A DNA stretch of 64,000 nt. Source: Elusimicrobiota bacterium. GTDB lineage: Bacteria > CG03 > SLGR01 > JAGXOG01. The notes under the pieces were generated by a model that saw only the letters and a list, made by a program, of their open reading frames with translations, had not been told where the DNA came from and did not search any database. Below, piece by piece: positions 1 through 9,253 of this stretch. How positions within the stretch are numbered: the stretch's first letter is position 1; each line of letters starts with the position of its first letter. Position numbers and translations under genes: made by a program. Location of the stretch: the NCBI GenBank assembly GCA_051745145.1, contig JBNJDT010000003.1, positions 16,221 to 80,220 on the forward strand. Direction: 5' to 3'.

Positions 1-23
1 CTTTTACTAACCTGTAAAACTTC

Positions 24-1091
24 TTACAGGTTATTTACTACTTTACTGGCTGTACCGTCAGAACGGAAGGCTTTTATGAAATCTTTGGCTGATTCATACG
101 CTGCATCGGCTATAGCCTTTTTATTTTCTTCGGGAATATTATCCAGCTTATCGTAAAACTGCTTGGTGGCGTGTTTTACCGGACTACCTGTTTCATCGGA
201 CCAGCCCGTCATTTCTTTGACCAGTTCTTCAGGTAAATGTTCGTGAGCAATATTCTGCCAGTTGGTACCCACATTTCCTTTTCTGATTCCGTGATCGGCG
301 AACTGTCCCACTAAATTCAAAGGAGTGCCCGTAATACCGTGCTGGGCAATTACCACGCCCTTGTCTTTTATGGCGTTGTAAATCTCCTGAGTTCTTTCAA
401 GATCTATATGGACTTCTTCATCGGCGTCGTAATTACCGTGCTTGGAACCATTGTTTATAGCCAGCATATCTGGGTAAACACCGTTGTCATTAAGTTTTTC
501 TATATATTCCACTGCATCTTCTACAGTAGTGATATCCTCGTCCCCTTTAATTTCGCCGACTTCCGCTTCCAGACCGAAACCCTGCTCGATTATGGGCTGG
601 GCCAGGTCGGTGGTAATTCTGACATTTGTATCCATTTCGTTGTAAGAGGCATCTATGGCAAATGAAGTATAACCTTCGGCAAGCTCACTTTTTATAAGCT
701 CCCGGGAAGTTTCTATTTCTTCCTCGGTATCCGCTTTTACGGTGATGTGGTCCCCGTGTATATAAAAAGGTACCGTGTAGCCAACTTCTTCGGCATATTT
801 TACAATGGCTTCCACATACATCTTAGGGTTCATCCCGGTATAACCGACCGGCAATCCACCCTCTGATTTGGCCAGTTCAAAACCTACAACAGCATTTAAT
901 TCTTCGGCGGCTCTCATAATGCCGGGTATAACGTGTTTTATACGGGTATTGCAGGCCATCAGTATTACATTGTCATCCTTTAAAACGCTTAAAATATCTT
1001 TAGAATTCAGACAGCAAACTCTACTGTCCTCATCCAGTTTTTTAACAAAATTCTGTGGTCTTTTAGCTAATACTTCTTCTGGTACTTCCAT
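24..1091 (-). CDS. fba: Class II fructose-1,6-bisphosphate aldolase
   Basis: 355 aa; HGDH metal-binding motif, AINNGSKHGNY and QHGITG blocks typical of class II FBP aldolase. Confidence 0.85.
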   Translation of the reverse strand: MEVPEEVLAKRPQNFVKKLDEDSRVCCLNSKDILSVLKDDNVILMACNTRIKHVIPGIMRAAEELNAVVGFELAKSEGGLPVGYTGMNPKMYVEAIVKYAEEVGYTVPFYIHGDHITVKADTEEEIETSRELIKSELAEGYTSFAIDASYNEMDTNVRITTDLAQPIIEQGFGLEAEVGEIKGDEDITTVEDAVEYIEKLNDNGVYPDMLAINNGSKHGNYDADEEVHIDLERTQEIYNAIKDKGVVIAQHGITGTPLNLVGQFADHGIRKGNVGTNWQNIAHEHLPEELVKEMTGWSDETGSPVKHATKQFYDKLDNIPEENKKAIADAAYESAKDFIKAFRSDGTASKVVNNL

Positions 1092-1169
1092 AATACAATT
1101 ACTCCTTTTTTATTTTAATATTCCTAACCATTTCTTAAGCTTTAAATTTATCAAATATTACTATTTAAG

Positions 1170-1508
1170 TCAACAAGTCAGATGTATTCCAAGAGCTGTT
1201 TCCTTTTTACCGGTCAGCTCGTTGAACTTCTTAACTGCCCGGCGACTTTTCGCTGCGAAAAATTCGATTCCCAAATCTTTGCATTTTTCCTTTACTTCCG
1301 GGGCAGTGCTCATTACTCCGGAAGCACCTTTACCAACTATTAGTATGTCGGGTTTTTTAGACCAGACCTCTTTTAGATCCGTATTTTGAAGTAGATGCCC
1401 CCGGTCTCTCCACCATTTTTTAATTTTACCCCCGGCTATTAATACATCGCTGGTGTAAGTTTTGCCGTCAATAACTATTTTACCGAAACTGTAGTCATCT
1501 ACGTGCAT
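1170..1508 (-). CDS. Mth938/DUF498 domain protein
   Basis: 112 aa; 'KIVIDGKTYTSDVLIAGGKI...KPDILIVGKGASG' pattern of Mth938-like fold. Confidence 0.55.
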   Translation of the reverse strand: MHVDDYSFGKIVIDGKTYTSDVLIAGGKIKKWWRDRGHLLQNTDLKEVWSKKPDILIVGKGASGVMSTAPEVKEKCKDLGIEFFAAKSRRAVKKFNELTGKKETALGIHLTC

Positions 1509-1528
1509 ACTGCCTCCGTAGCTATTAA

Positions 1529-2455
1529 CTATTTCATTCTATTTCCCATCTGTTCTTTGCGTTTTTTATTATATTTTTTTAACAATTCCTTGCTGGATTC
1601 GTCAAGTTCAGGGGATATCTCTTCCAGTGATAATAACTTATTCGTATATTGATCTACTTTATGTTTTTCAGTTATATTTAAAATAACTTTTCCCAAAAAC
1701 TTTCCCTTGTTTCCGGATCCCAGTATTAACGTGTTATTAACTTTTTCTTCTATCTTATCTTTTAAATAACCGTTAATAATTAAATTAATGCCCTCTATAT
1801 TACCGGCCAGCTCTTTATCCTCTTGTAAACTTTGCTGGGATAAAACAACAATTAAGTCAGCTTTCTCTTTTAATTCCGGTACTAACTCTTTTAAAAATTT
1901 TTCCGGCGGATCTGTGTAGTTAACAAATTCCTTAAAATTATTATAAATATTTTTACCGCAAATTCCGGTTATAGCTATTTTTACCCCTTCTAAATCTTCA
2001 ATTACATACCGGGAAGTTACATCCATATCTTCTTTACTTAACTGTAAATTTCCTTCCACTACCGGGATCTCATTTTCACTGATTTGCTTTCTAAAAAAAT
2101 TGGTTCCGAATTTTAATTCATTCTCTCCGGGAAATAATGCATCGTATTTGATTTCTTTTAAAAATTTTACTACATATTTATTCCTTAAATTATCGGGAAA
2201 CGGAGCAAAAAAATTTCCCGACTCTAAAACCAGAGTTGTATCTTTTCGGCGATCATCTATCAGCTTTTTTATCTCGGCCAGACTGCCGTTAAGATGCTCA
2301 TCGGGACAGTCGCAGGGGGCCAGAAAACCGGATACATTACCGGTATACAATACTTCTACTTTTTTGGGGAAATTTTCTTCACTCTCCGTTGAACACCCCG
2401 GAAAAATAAGAGCAAAAGCAGAAATAACCGTTAAGATTTTTTTAAGCAAAGACAT
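1529..2455 (-). CDS. Lipoprotein with degenerate calcineurin/5'-nucleotidase-like domain (likely non-catalytic)
   Basis: Lipobox 'ALIFPGC' after signal peptide (start taken at internal MSLLKK); 'VEVLYTGNVSGF...DALFPGENELKFG' resembles metallophosphatase motifs but lacks the D/H metal ligands; CDCP cysteine pair. Confidence 0.5.
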   Translation of the reverse strand: MSLLKKILTVISAFALIFPGCSTESEENFPKKVEVLYTGNVSGFLAPCDCPDEHLNGSLAEIKKLIDDRRKDTTLVLESGNFFAPFPDNLRNKYVVKFLKEIKYDALFPGENELKFGTNFFRKQISENEIPVVEGNLQLSKEDMDVTSRYVIEDLEGVKIAITGICGKNIYNNFKEFVNYTDPPEKFLKELVPELKEKADLIVVLSQQSLQEDKELAGNIEGINLIINGYLKDKIEEKVNNTLILGSGNKGKFLGKVILNITEKHKVDQYTNKLLSLEEISPELDESSKELLKKYNKKRKEQMGNRMK

Positions 2456-3854
2456 GCCAGAATAAATATAAGGTGAAAAATAAAAATACCCCACCCTGGA
2501 TTAATTTTACCAGACCTAAATTTTTATTATAAAATTTTTCCATCTTTTCAGAGCTCATTCCCCAAAAGATAAGCAAAAATATAATAACCATGGGTAAGAT
2601 AAAAAATAAATTGTATAAAAATAAATGGCCTATGGCTTTCATCCGCAGAGACTCCACCCCTACCATATACGTAAGTGACGGCAAATATATCTGGCCGGTG
2701 CATATAAACTCAACCCCGGCCACAAGTGCGCCTAAGAAAAAAGCCAGATAGAGGAAATATTTACTGTCCGTAAAATTTTCCATTTTATCAATAACCCAGA
2801 ACCTCCAGCTTTGGGGGATTTTTAAAAACACTTTACCCCCTCCCCCGGCGGCCCGGGCATCGTTAAAACTTAATATTCCCAAAACAAGGGTCAACGTCCC
2901 CATAACAGTGTAGATAATATTTTGAAGATTTCCCATGGCCGGCACTCTTTTTAAAAATGCCAGTATTCCCAGCCCGAACAAAAAATAAACTACAAATACT
3001 CCCGCCGAATAGAGCAGACCGGATAAAAATATAAATTTCGAAGATCTGTTTCCGTGTATACTAAGATAGGCCACCATCATTATTATCATTCCGAACGCGC
3101 AGGGATTTATCCCGTCTACCAGGGCCGCTCCCAAAAAAGGGAAAAGGGCCCACCGGCCTTTTTTATCTTTTGTATCCTCCACTTTTTCTAAGGTAGGAGG
3201 GGGAATTATTTTTTCTTCCAGTTTATTCAAAAGTTCATATATATCGTCTCCGGCATACAGCCGGCCGGCCGTTATTATTATCGGAAAAGAGAGGGATTCC
3301 CCTTCGACATCGGTTTTCATTTCCATAAATTTTTCAAAATTTTTGCTTTTGTCTATGGGGTATTCTTTCAAAGTGAATTTATTTTTTGTTTTCTCTTTTA
3401 AATTAGAAAAACTTTCTTTCACTTTTTCACAGCTGGGGCATCCCAATTCGTAAAAATAATTTAGCTCTAAAGTTGAATAAACTTCGCCTTCTACCACATA
3501 TTCTAAAAACTGTACTTTTGGGTCATTGGTCTGAATATAAATTTTTTTAACAATCTTTTCTTTTAAACCGTCTGTATCTATTTTAATTAAAACTGTTTTT
3601 TCTTCTCGGGGGGGGATTGTGAATTTTTGCTCGGAGAGTGTTAAACACGGGCAACCGGTTCTTAAAACTAATTCTAAATTTTCATCGCCGGGATTACTGA
3701 ATAATACTCTTCTGTTTAATTTTTTGCCCTCTATTAGCTTTCCGGTATCCCAGCTACCGTGATTTATGCTCAATTCCGGCTGTCCTATGCCGGTCCCGGG
3801 AAAACCGATAATAATTATTATTAAATTAACTGCTATAAATAATTTTTTTTTCAT
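2442..3854 (-). CDS. DUF1573 domain / thioredoxin-like CxxC (CPSC) / CcdA-DsbD-type transmembrane thiol-disulfide transporter fusion protein
   Basis: N-terminal signal plus DUF1573-like block (SINHGSWDTGKL...FSNPGDENLEL); CPC and CPSC motifs; C-terminal six-TM region with 'DGINPCAFG' and 'CTGQIYLPSLTY' characteristic of CcdA/DsbD beta. Confidence 0.65.
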   Translation of the reverse strand: MKKKLFIAVNLIIIIIGFPGTGIGQPELSINHGSWDTGKLIEGKKLNRRVLFSNPGDENLELVLRTGCPCLTLSEQKFTIPPREEKTVLIKIDTDGLKEKIVKKIYIQTNDPKVQFLEYVVEGEVYSTLELNYFYELGCPSCEKVKESFSNLKEKTKNKFTLKEYPIDKSKNFEKFMEMKTDVEGESLSFPIIITAGRLYAGDDIYELLNKLEEKIIPPPTLEKVEDTKDKKGRWALFPFLGAALVDGINPCAFGMIIMMVAYLSIHGNRSSKFIFLSGLLYSAGVFVVYFLFGLGILAFLKRVPAMGNLQNIIYTVMGTLTLVLGILSFNDARAAGGGGKVFLKIPQSWRFWVIDKMENFTDSKYFLYLAFFLGALVAGVEFICTGQIYLPSLTYMVGVESLRMKAIGHLFLYNLFFILPMVIIFLLIFWGMSSEKMEKFYNKNLGLVKLIQGGVFLFFTLYLFWHVFA

Positions 3855-3926
3855 TGAGTGTTACTTTTTGCTGTCTGATATAAGCCGCTTAGTTTAAACT
3901 TATCCGGCTGTCCGTAAGGTTTTTTA

Positions 3927-4412
3927 TTAGGTTTTAGAAATTTTTAATTTATTATATACCGAATTAAGCGATTCTGATATAACTCTTTCTTCTCCGACCA
4001 CAGGCATAAAATTCGTATCGCCCTCCCACCGGGGAACGATGTGCATGTGCAGATGCTGGTCAAAGCCCGCTCCGGCCACCTTACCTATATTCATTCCCAC
4101 GTTAAAACCATGGGGATTCATAGTCTCTTTTATTTTACCAACATACATTTTAACAACTTCCGTCATTTCACCGTACTCTTTTTTAGTTAATTCCTCGAGG
4201 TTTCCGGTATGTTTATAGGGGGCAACCATAATATGACCGTTATTGTAGGGGTATTTATTTAAGAGGGCAAACACCTTATCCCCCCGGTATATAATAAGTT
4301 CTTTTTCATCGTTATCTTTTTTAGGTTTATGGCAAAATATACAGTCCATATCTTCAGAATCGTTTATGTATTTATACCGCCAGGGTGCCCAGAGAATATT
4401 ATCTTTTTTCAT
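3927..4412 (-). CDS. HIT family hydrolase
   Basis: 161 aa; histidine triad 'HLHMHIVPRW'. Confidence 0.85.
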   Translation of the reverse strand: MKKDNILWAPWRYKYINDSEDMDCIFCHKPKKDNDEKELIIYRGDKVFALLNKYPYNNGHIMVAPYKHTGNLEELTKKEYGEMTEVVKMYVGKIKETMNPHGFNVGMNIGKVAGAGFDQHLHMHIVPRWEGDTNFMPVVGEERVISESLNSVYNKLKISKT

Positions 4413-4593
4413 CTAATTGCCACAGTCCTATTCCTATTGTCAGCCAGCTGGCTATTAAAAATACCGGACCCAGAAAAGCGGCCCAGTTATCTGCCTTTCT
4501 GTTAACAAAATACAGTACTGTAAACCCTATAATTAAAAGAGCAACGCCGCTATATATAAATTTACCGGGCAATATCTTTTCTGAATTTTTCAT
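4399..4593 (-). CDS. Small two-TM membrane protein (hypothetical)
   Basis: 64 aa ORF with two hydrophobic helices filling the gap between tyrS and HIT gene; no similarity recognised. Confidence 0.3.
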   Translation of the reverse strand: MKNSEKILPGKFIYSGVALLIIGFTVLYFVNRKADNWAAFLGPVFLIASWLTIGIGLWQLDEKR

Positions 4594-4596
4594 AAT

Positions 4597-5760
4597 TTAT
4601 GTTAATTTTAAAAAATTTCGCTTTCCGATTTTAACTGTTCTTTTTTCTCCAGGGGAGACGGTATAATTTCTGTTTTTTATTTTTTCACCGTCAACTGATA
4701 CGGCCCCCTGGTTTATATACCTTTTTATCTGAGATTTAGAAGAAAGTATATTTTTACTGGCTATTATATCAACTAATTTTTCCTCTTTCTCTACTTTATA
4801 TGAATCCATATCTTCCGGGGTTTTACCTTTTGAGAAAACTCTTTCAAAGTTTTTCCGGGCCCGCTTCGCCTTGGCCGGACCGTGATATTTTTCAATAATT
4901 TTTCGGGCCAGTTTCTTTTTAGCTTTCATGGGATGCAGTTTCTTTATTTTCTCCATATTTTCAACGGTAAGTAATTTGTAATATCTATACATCATATCAT
5001 CGGATACAGACATTATCTTCCCAAACATTTCCGAAGGTTTTTCATTAATTCCGATATGATTGCCGTAACTTTTGGACATTTTTTGCACCCCGTCCGTGCC
5101 CTCTAAAAGTGGCATCGTTAAAATAGACTGCGGGGAAGAATTGTTCTTTTGTAGTTCTCTGCCTACCAGAAGATTGAATTTTTGATCTGTTCCTCCAATT
5201 TCCACATCGGCTTCGACTTCTACAGAGTCGTACCCTTGAAGAAGGGGATAGAGAAATTCAGTAATACTTATAGGATTTCCCTCATTATACCGTTTGGAAA
5301 AATCATTTCTTTCCAGCATTCTGGCCACTGTATATTTAGAAGCTAATTTTATTATGCCCGAAGCACCCAGTTTTTCCAGCCAGCTTGAATTTCTCACTAA
5401 TTTAATATTATCCCGTTTTAATACTTTAAATATCTGTTCTTTGAAGCCGGCTATGCTTTTTTCAATCTCCTCTTCACTGAGTACCGGGCGCTCTTTAGAT
5501 CTTCCGGAAGGGTCCCCTATCCGGGCGGTGAAATCCCCGATAATAAATATTACGGTATGTCCTAACTCCTGAAACTGCCGTAATTTCTCCATAACTACCG
5601 TATGACCCAGATGTAAATCAGGCGCCGTCGGATCCGCGCCGAATTTTACTCTTAACTTCTTACCGGATTTAAGTTTTTCGATTAAACTCTCTTTTCCAAT
5701 GATTTCTTCGGATCCCCGGGTAATTAAATCTAACTGTTTTTTAATATTTTGTTTATTCAT
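4597..5760 (-). CDS. tyrS: Tyrosyl-tRNA synthetase
   Basis: HLGH and KMSKS class I motifs; C-terminal S4 domain; start taken at internal MNKQNIKK. Confidence 0.9.
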   Translation of the reverse strand: MNKQNIKKQLDLITRGSEEIIGKESLIEKLKSGKKLRVKFGADPTAPDLHLGHTVVMEKLRQFQELGHTVIFIIGDFTARIGDPSGRSKERPVLSEEEIEKSIAGFKEQIFKVLKRDNIKLVRNSSWLEKLGASGIIKLASKYTVARMLERNDFSKRYNEGNPISITEFLYPLLQGYDSVEVEADVEIGGTDQKFNLLVGRELQKNNSSPQSILTMPLLEGTDGVQKMSKSYGNHIGINEKPSEMFGKIMSVSDDMMYRYYKLLTVENMEKIKKLHPMKAKKKLARKIIEKYHGPAKAKRARKNFERVFSKGKTPEDMDSYKVEKEEKLVDIIASKNILSSKSQIKRYINQGAVSVDGEKIKNRNYTVSPGEKRTVKIGKRNFLKLT

Positions 5761-5863
5761 TGTTCTGATTTTGATAATTAGTTTAATAAAATTTCCCTCT
5801 ATTATCAAGAAATATTATAAAATAAAATTTTTATTTGATAACCCTTATTTAATTTGTATAATT

Positions 5864-8005
5864 ATGAAAGCTATGAAGAAAAAATACATTATTATTTCCA
5901 TATTTGTCTTTATAATTGCATCAATTATCGGTGGGGGCTGGCTATTACTTATTTCCTATTCTAAAGATTTGCCTTCTACCTCCTCGCTGGTTCAATACAA
6001 ACCTGAAATAGCCACTAAAATTTACGATGTAAACGGAACCCTTATCGATGAACTTTACATGAAAAGGCGAACTCTTGTACCACTGAATAAAATTCCGGTA
6101 AATCTACAAAATGCGGTGCTGGCTACCGAGGATACAAATTTTTTCAATCACTGGGGCCTTGATATACTGGGCGTCCTGCGGGCTTTTATACAAAATTTAC
6201 GGGCCGGTTATGTTGTCCAGGGGGGAAGTACCATCTCTCAGCAGCTGGCCAAGGTAATGTTCTTAACATCCGAGAGAACCCTTAAACGTAAAATCAAAGA
6301 ACTGATTTTAGCTATGTATATAGAAAGACAATATTCCAAGGAAGAAATTTTACAGTTCTATTTAAACCAGATATATTTTGGAGAAGGAGCTTACGGAGTG
6401 GAAGCGGCCAGTAAAATTTATTTTAACAAGTCTACCGAAGATTTAAGTCTATCCGAATGTGCAATGCTCGCCGGACTGCCCCGGGCTCCAACCGGTTACT
6501 CGCCGGATAACAATATAGTCCGGGCTTATCATAGAAGAGCAACGGTATTGAGCAGGATGTATGAACTGGGTTTTATTACCAAAGAGGAAAAGATTAAGGC
6601 CAACAGCGCCCCATTACCATTATCAACTTTTAGTGAAGAAGAAGAAGTTGCCCCGTATTTCATAGAACATATAAGAAAAAAATTAATTTCTAAATTCGGA
6701 GCCAATCTTCTCTATAAAGGGGGGCTCAGAATCTATACTACAATGGATCTGAAAATGCAGGAAATTGCTCAAGAAACTTTATACAATTCTCTTGAAGAAT
6801 TTGATAAATCTAAAAAACTGGAATTAAAAGAAGAAGAATTTGAAGAGGGAGACTATGAAGATATTGAAGAAGTAGAACTTTCTACAGGTGCCTTTCAAGA
6901 AGTACAGGGTGCCATAATATCCATAGATCCAAAAAACGGTCAAATCCGGGCTATGGTAGGGGGCCGGGATTTTGAGGATAGTGAATTCAACAGAGCAATG
7001 CAGGCCAACCGGCAGCCGGGGTCCGGGTTCAAACCTTTTATTTATACTGCGGCAATTGACAATGGATATACAGCCGCTTCTATCCTAAAAGATACTCCCC
7101 GGGTTTACTATAATGACGGCGTCAGCTGGAATTTACTTAAAAATACAACCAATATACATCAGCTTCAATTAAATATTGAAAAGCTGGAAGAAAAAGAGGA
7201 AAAAACTGAAGAAGAAGAAGAAGAATTAGAATCTTTAAAAAAGACCGTATGGTCCCCTTCAAATTACTATAATAAATACCGGGGAGAAATTACTTTAAGA
7301 AACGCCCTGGTTAAATCCATAAACTGTGCTACGGTGGATTTACTTTATAAAATCCGGCCGGTAACCGCTTTGTACTATGCCCGAAAAATGGGCATAGAAA
7401 GTAAAAATCTACCTCAATCCCTGTCCCTGGGGCTGGGCTCCGGGGAATTAAAACCGATTGAAATGGCCTCGGCTTACTCTGTCTTTGCCAATCAGGGAGT
7501 TAAAACAGAGCCATATACAATAATAAAAGTTGAGGATTATTCCGGGAATGTGCTGATGGAAAATTTCCCTTCCGAAGAGCAGGTCCTGTCCCCACAAACT
7601 AATTATATTATGGTGAATTTAATGGAACAGGTAGCAGAACACGGTACCGGCTGGTACACCAACCGTCTGGGCAGACCGAGAGCCGGGAAAACAGGAACCA
7701 CAAATGATTTTTCCGATGCCTGGTTCACGGGTTATGTACCTAACCTGGTTACATCAGTATGGGTGGGATATGATGACCGGAGTACTCTCGGCGAACGAAA
7801 ATCTGCCGCTGTTGTAGCGGTCCCCATCTGGACCCAGTATATGCAAAAAGCTCTGGAACACACCCCGGTACTTGATTTTGCTGTACCGGACGGCATAACT
7901 TTTGAATATTTTGACCCGGAGACCGGACATCTGGCAACCCGTAGTTCAGAAAATGCCGTTATCCAGGCCTTTATCGAAGGTACCGAACCCCAAACTTATT
8001 TTTAA
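5864..8005 (+). CDS. mrcA: Penicillin-binding protein 1A (bifunctional glycosyltransferase/transpeptidase)
   Basis: GT51 motifs (ATEDTNFFNHWG, RAPTGYSP), transpeptidase SxxK/KTG (KTGTTND); start taken at MKAMKKKY after signal-anchor; contains Glu-rich insert. Confidence 0.85.
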   Translation: MKAMKKKYIIISIFVFIIASIIGGGWLLLISYSKDLPSTSSLVQYKPEIATKIYDVNGTLIDELYMKRRTLVPLNKIPVNLQNAVLATEDTNFFNHWGLDILGVLRAFIQNLRAGYVVQGGSTISQQLAKVMFLTSERTLKRKIKELILAMYIERQYSKEEILQFYLNQIYFGEGAYGVEAASKIYFNKSTEDLSLSECAMLAGLPRAPTGYSPDNNIVRAYHRRATVLSRMYELGFITKEEKIKANSAPLPLSTFSEEEEVAPYFIEHIRKKLISKFGANLLYKGGLRIYTTMDLKMQEIAQETLYNSLEEFDKSKKLELKEEEFEEGDYEDIEEVELSTGAFQEVQGAIISIDPKNGQIRAMVGGRDFEDSEFNRAMQANRQPGSGFKPFIYTAAIDNGYTAASILKDTPRVYYNDGVSWNLLKNTTNIHQLQLNIEKLEEKEEKTEEEEEELESLKKTVWSPSNYYNKYRGEITLRNALVKSINCATVDLLYKIRPVTALYYARKMGIESKNLPQSLSLGLGSGELKPIEMASAYSVFANQGVKTEPYTIIKVEDYSGNVLMENFPSEEQVLSPQTNYIMVNLMEQVAEHGTGWYTNRLGRPRAGKTGTTNDFSDAWFTGYVPNLVTSVWVGYDDRSTLGERKSAAVVAVPIWTQYMQKALEHTPVLDFAVPDGITFEYFDPETGHLATRSSENAVIQAFIEGTEPQTYF

Positions 8006-8043
8006 GATGCTCGAAAACAGTTTTGAATTTAACGGAGGTAACT

Positions 8044-8559
8044 ATGAAAGATATTAAAAAAGGTGTGCGGGATGTAGCTAACTTTATGGCTATTGCGGCC
8101 AGAACCGCTCCCAAAGCCCGGGGGCGGGACAATCTGGTAATAAAAATATTTAAAAAAAATGAATTAAAAGAGTTAGCTGATAATATGATTGAGACAGGAA
8201 AAAAAACTTCACGTCCCCAGACCTTCAAAAGGGATGCGGACAATATTGAGAAAGCGGATTGTCTATTATTACTGGCTACTCGCTACAGTACTCTTGAACT
8301 TGACTGCGGATTCTGCGGTAAAAATACCTGCCTGAAAGCTAAAGAATCCCATATAACCTGTGCCTACAATTCCGGAGATCTGGGTATAGCCGTAGGTTCT
8401 GCTGTAGCTAAAGCCTCTGATTTCCACATAGATAACCGGATTATGTACACGGTGGGTTATACTGTAAAAAAATTGAACTTACTTGGTAAAGATATAGCTA
8501 TGGCCCTGGGCATCCCCCTTTCGGCGACGGGGAAAAACATTTTTTTCGACCGGAATTAA
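8044..8559 (+). CDS. DUF2148-like ferredoxin-domain protein
   Basis: ~170 aa; CGFCGKNTC cysteine cluster; overall pattern of DUF2148 family. Confidence 0.5.
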   Translation: MKDIKKGVRDVANFMAIAARTAPKARGRDNLVIKIFKKNELKELADNMIETGKKTSRPQTFKRDADNIEKADCLLLLATRYSTLELDCGFCGKNTCLKAKESHITCAYNSGDLGIAVGSAVAKASDFHIDNRIMYTVGYTVKKLNLLGKDIAMALGIPLSATGKNIFFDRN

Positions 8560-8579
8560 TATTTTAAAATATACTATAG

Positions 8580-9209
8580 ATGGGAACTGAAAAAATTAAC
8601 AAAATTTATAATACGCTATCCACAAAATATCCGAAAGCCGATATAAGTCTTAACTTCCGCAATAACTGGCAGCTGCTTGTGGCTACAATACTTTCCGCTC
8701 AGTGTACTGATAAAAGAGTTAATAAAATAACCAAAAAACTTTTCCGGGATTATCCCCGGCTGGAAAATTACCTGGATATGTCTAAAGAAGAGCTTATCCG
8801 GTATATCCGACCGGCGGGTTTTTATAATAACAAAGCCAAAAATATTCTGGGAGCCGCTAAATTAATAGATGATAAATTTAACGGCAAAGTTCCTGACAAC
8901 ATGGAGGATATGTTGAAAATCCCGGGAGTGGCCAGAAAAACTGCCAATGTAGTATTGGGGAACGCTTACGGAATTTTTGAGGGCATTGCGATCGATACAC
9001 ATGTTAAAAGATTATCTTACAGACTGGGACTTACCAAACACAAAAACCCCGACAAGATAGAACAGGATTTGATGAAAATACTGCCCCGGAAAAAATGGTT
9101 TAGATTTACTTATCTTTTAATCGAACACGGCCGTAATACCTGTAAAGCGAGAAATCCCCGCTGCTTGGACTGTCCTTTACAAAAAATATGTCTTCAAAAA
9201 GGAATTTAA
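8580..9209 (+). CDS. nth: Endonuclease III (DNA glycosylase/AP lyase)
   Basis: HhH-GPD 'LPGVARKTANVV', catalytic Lys/Asp, C-terminal [4Fe-4S] Cx6Cx2Cx5C. Confidence 0.9.
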   Translation: MGTEKINKIYNTLSTKYPKADISLNFRNNWQLLVATILSAQCTDKRVNKITKKLFRDYPRLENYLDMSKEELIRYIRPAGFYNNKAKNILGAAKLIDDKFNGKVPDNMEDMLKIPGVARKTANVVLGNAYGIFEGIAIDTHVKRLSYRLGLTKHKNPDKIEQDLMKILPRKKWFRFTYLLIEHGRNTCKARNPRCLDCPLQKICLQKGI

Positions 9210-9253
9210 ATTAGACTTAATTTATTATATTTTATATATTTATACATGTACGT

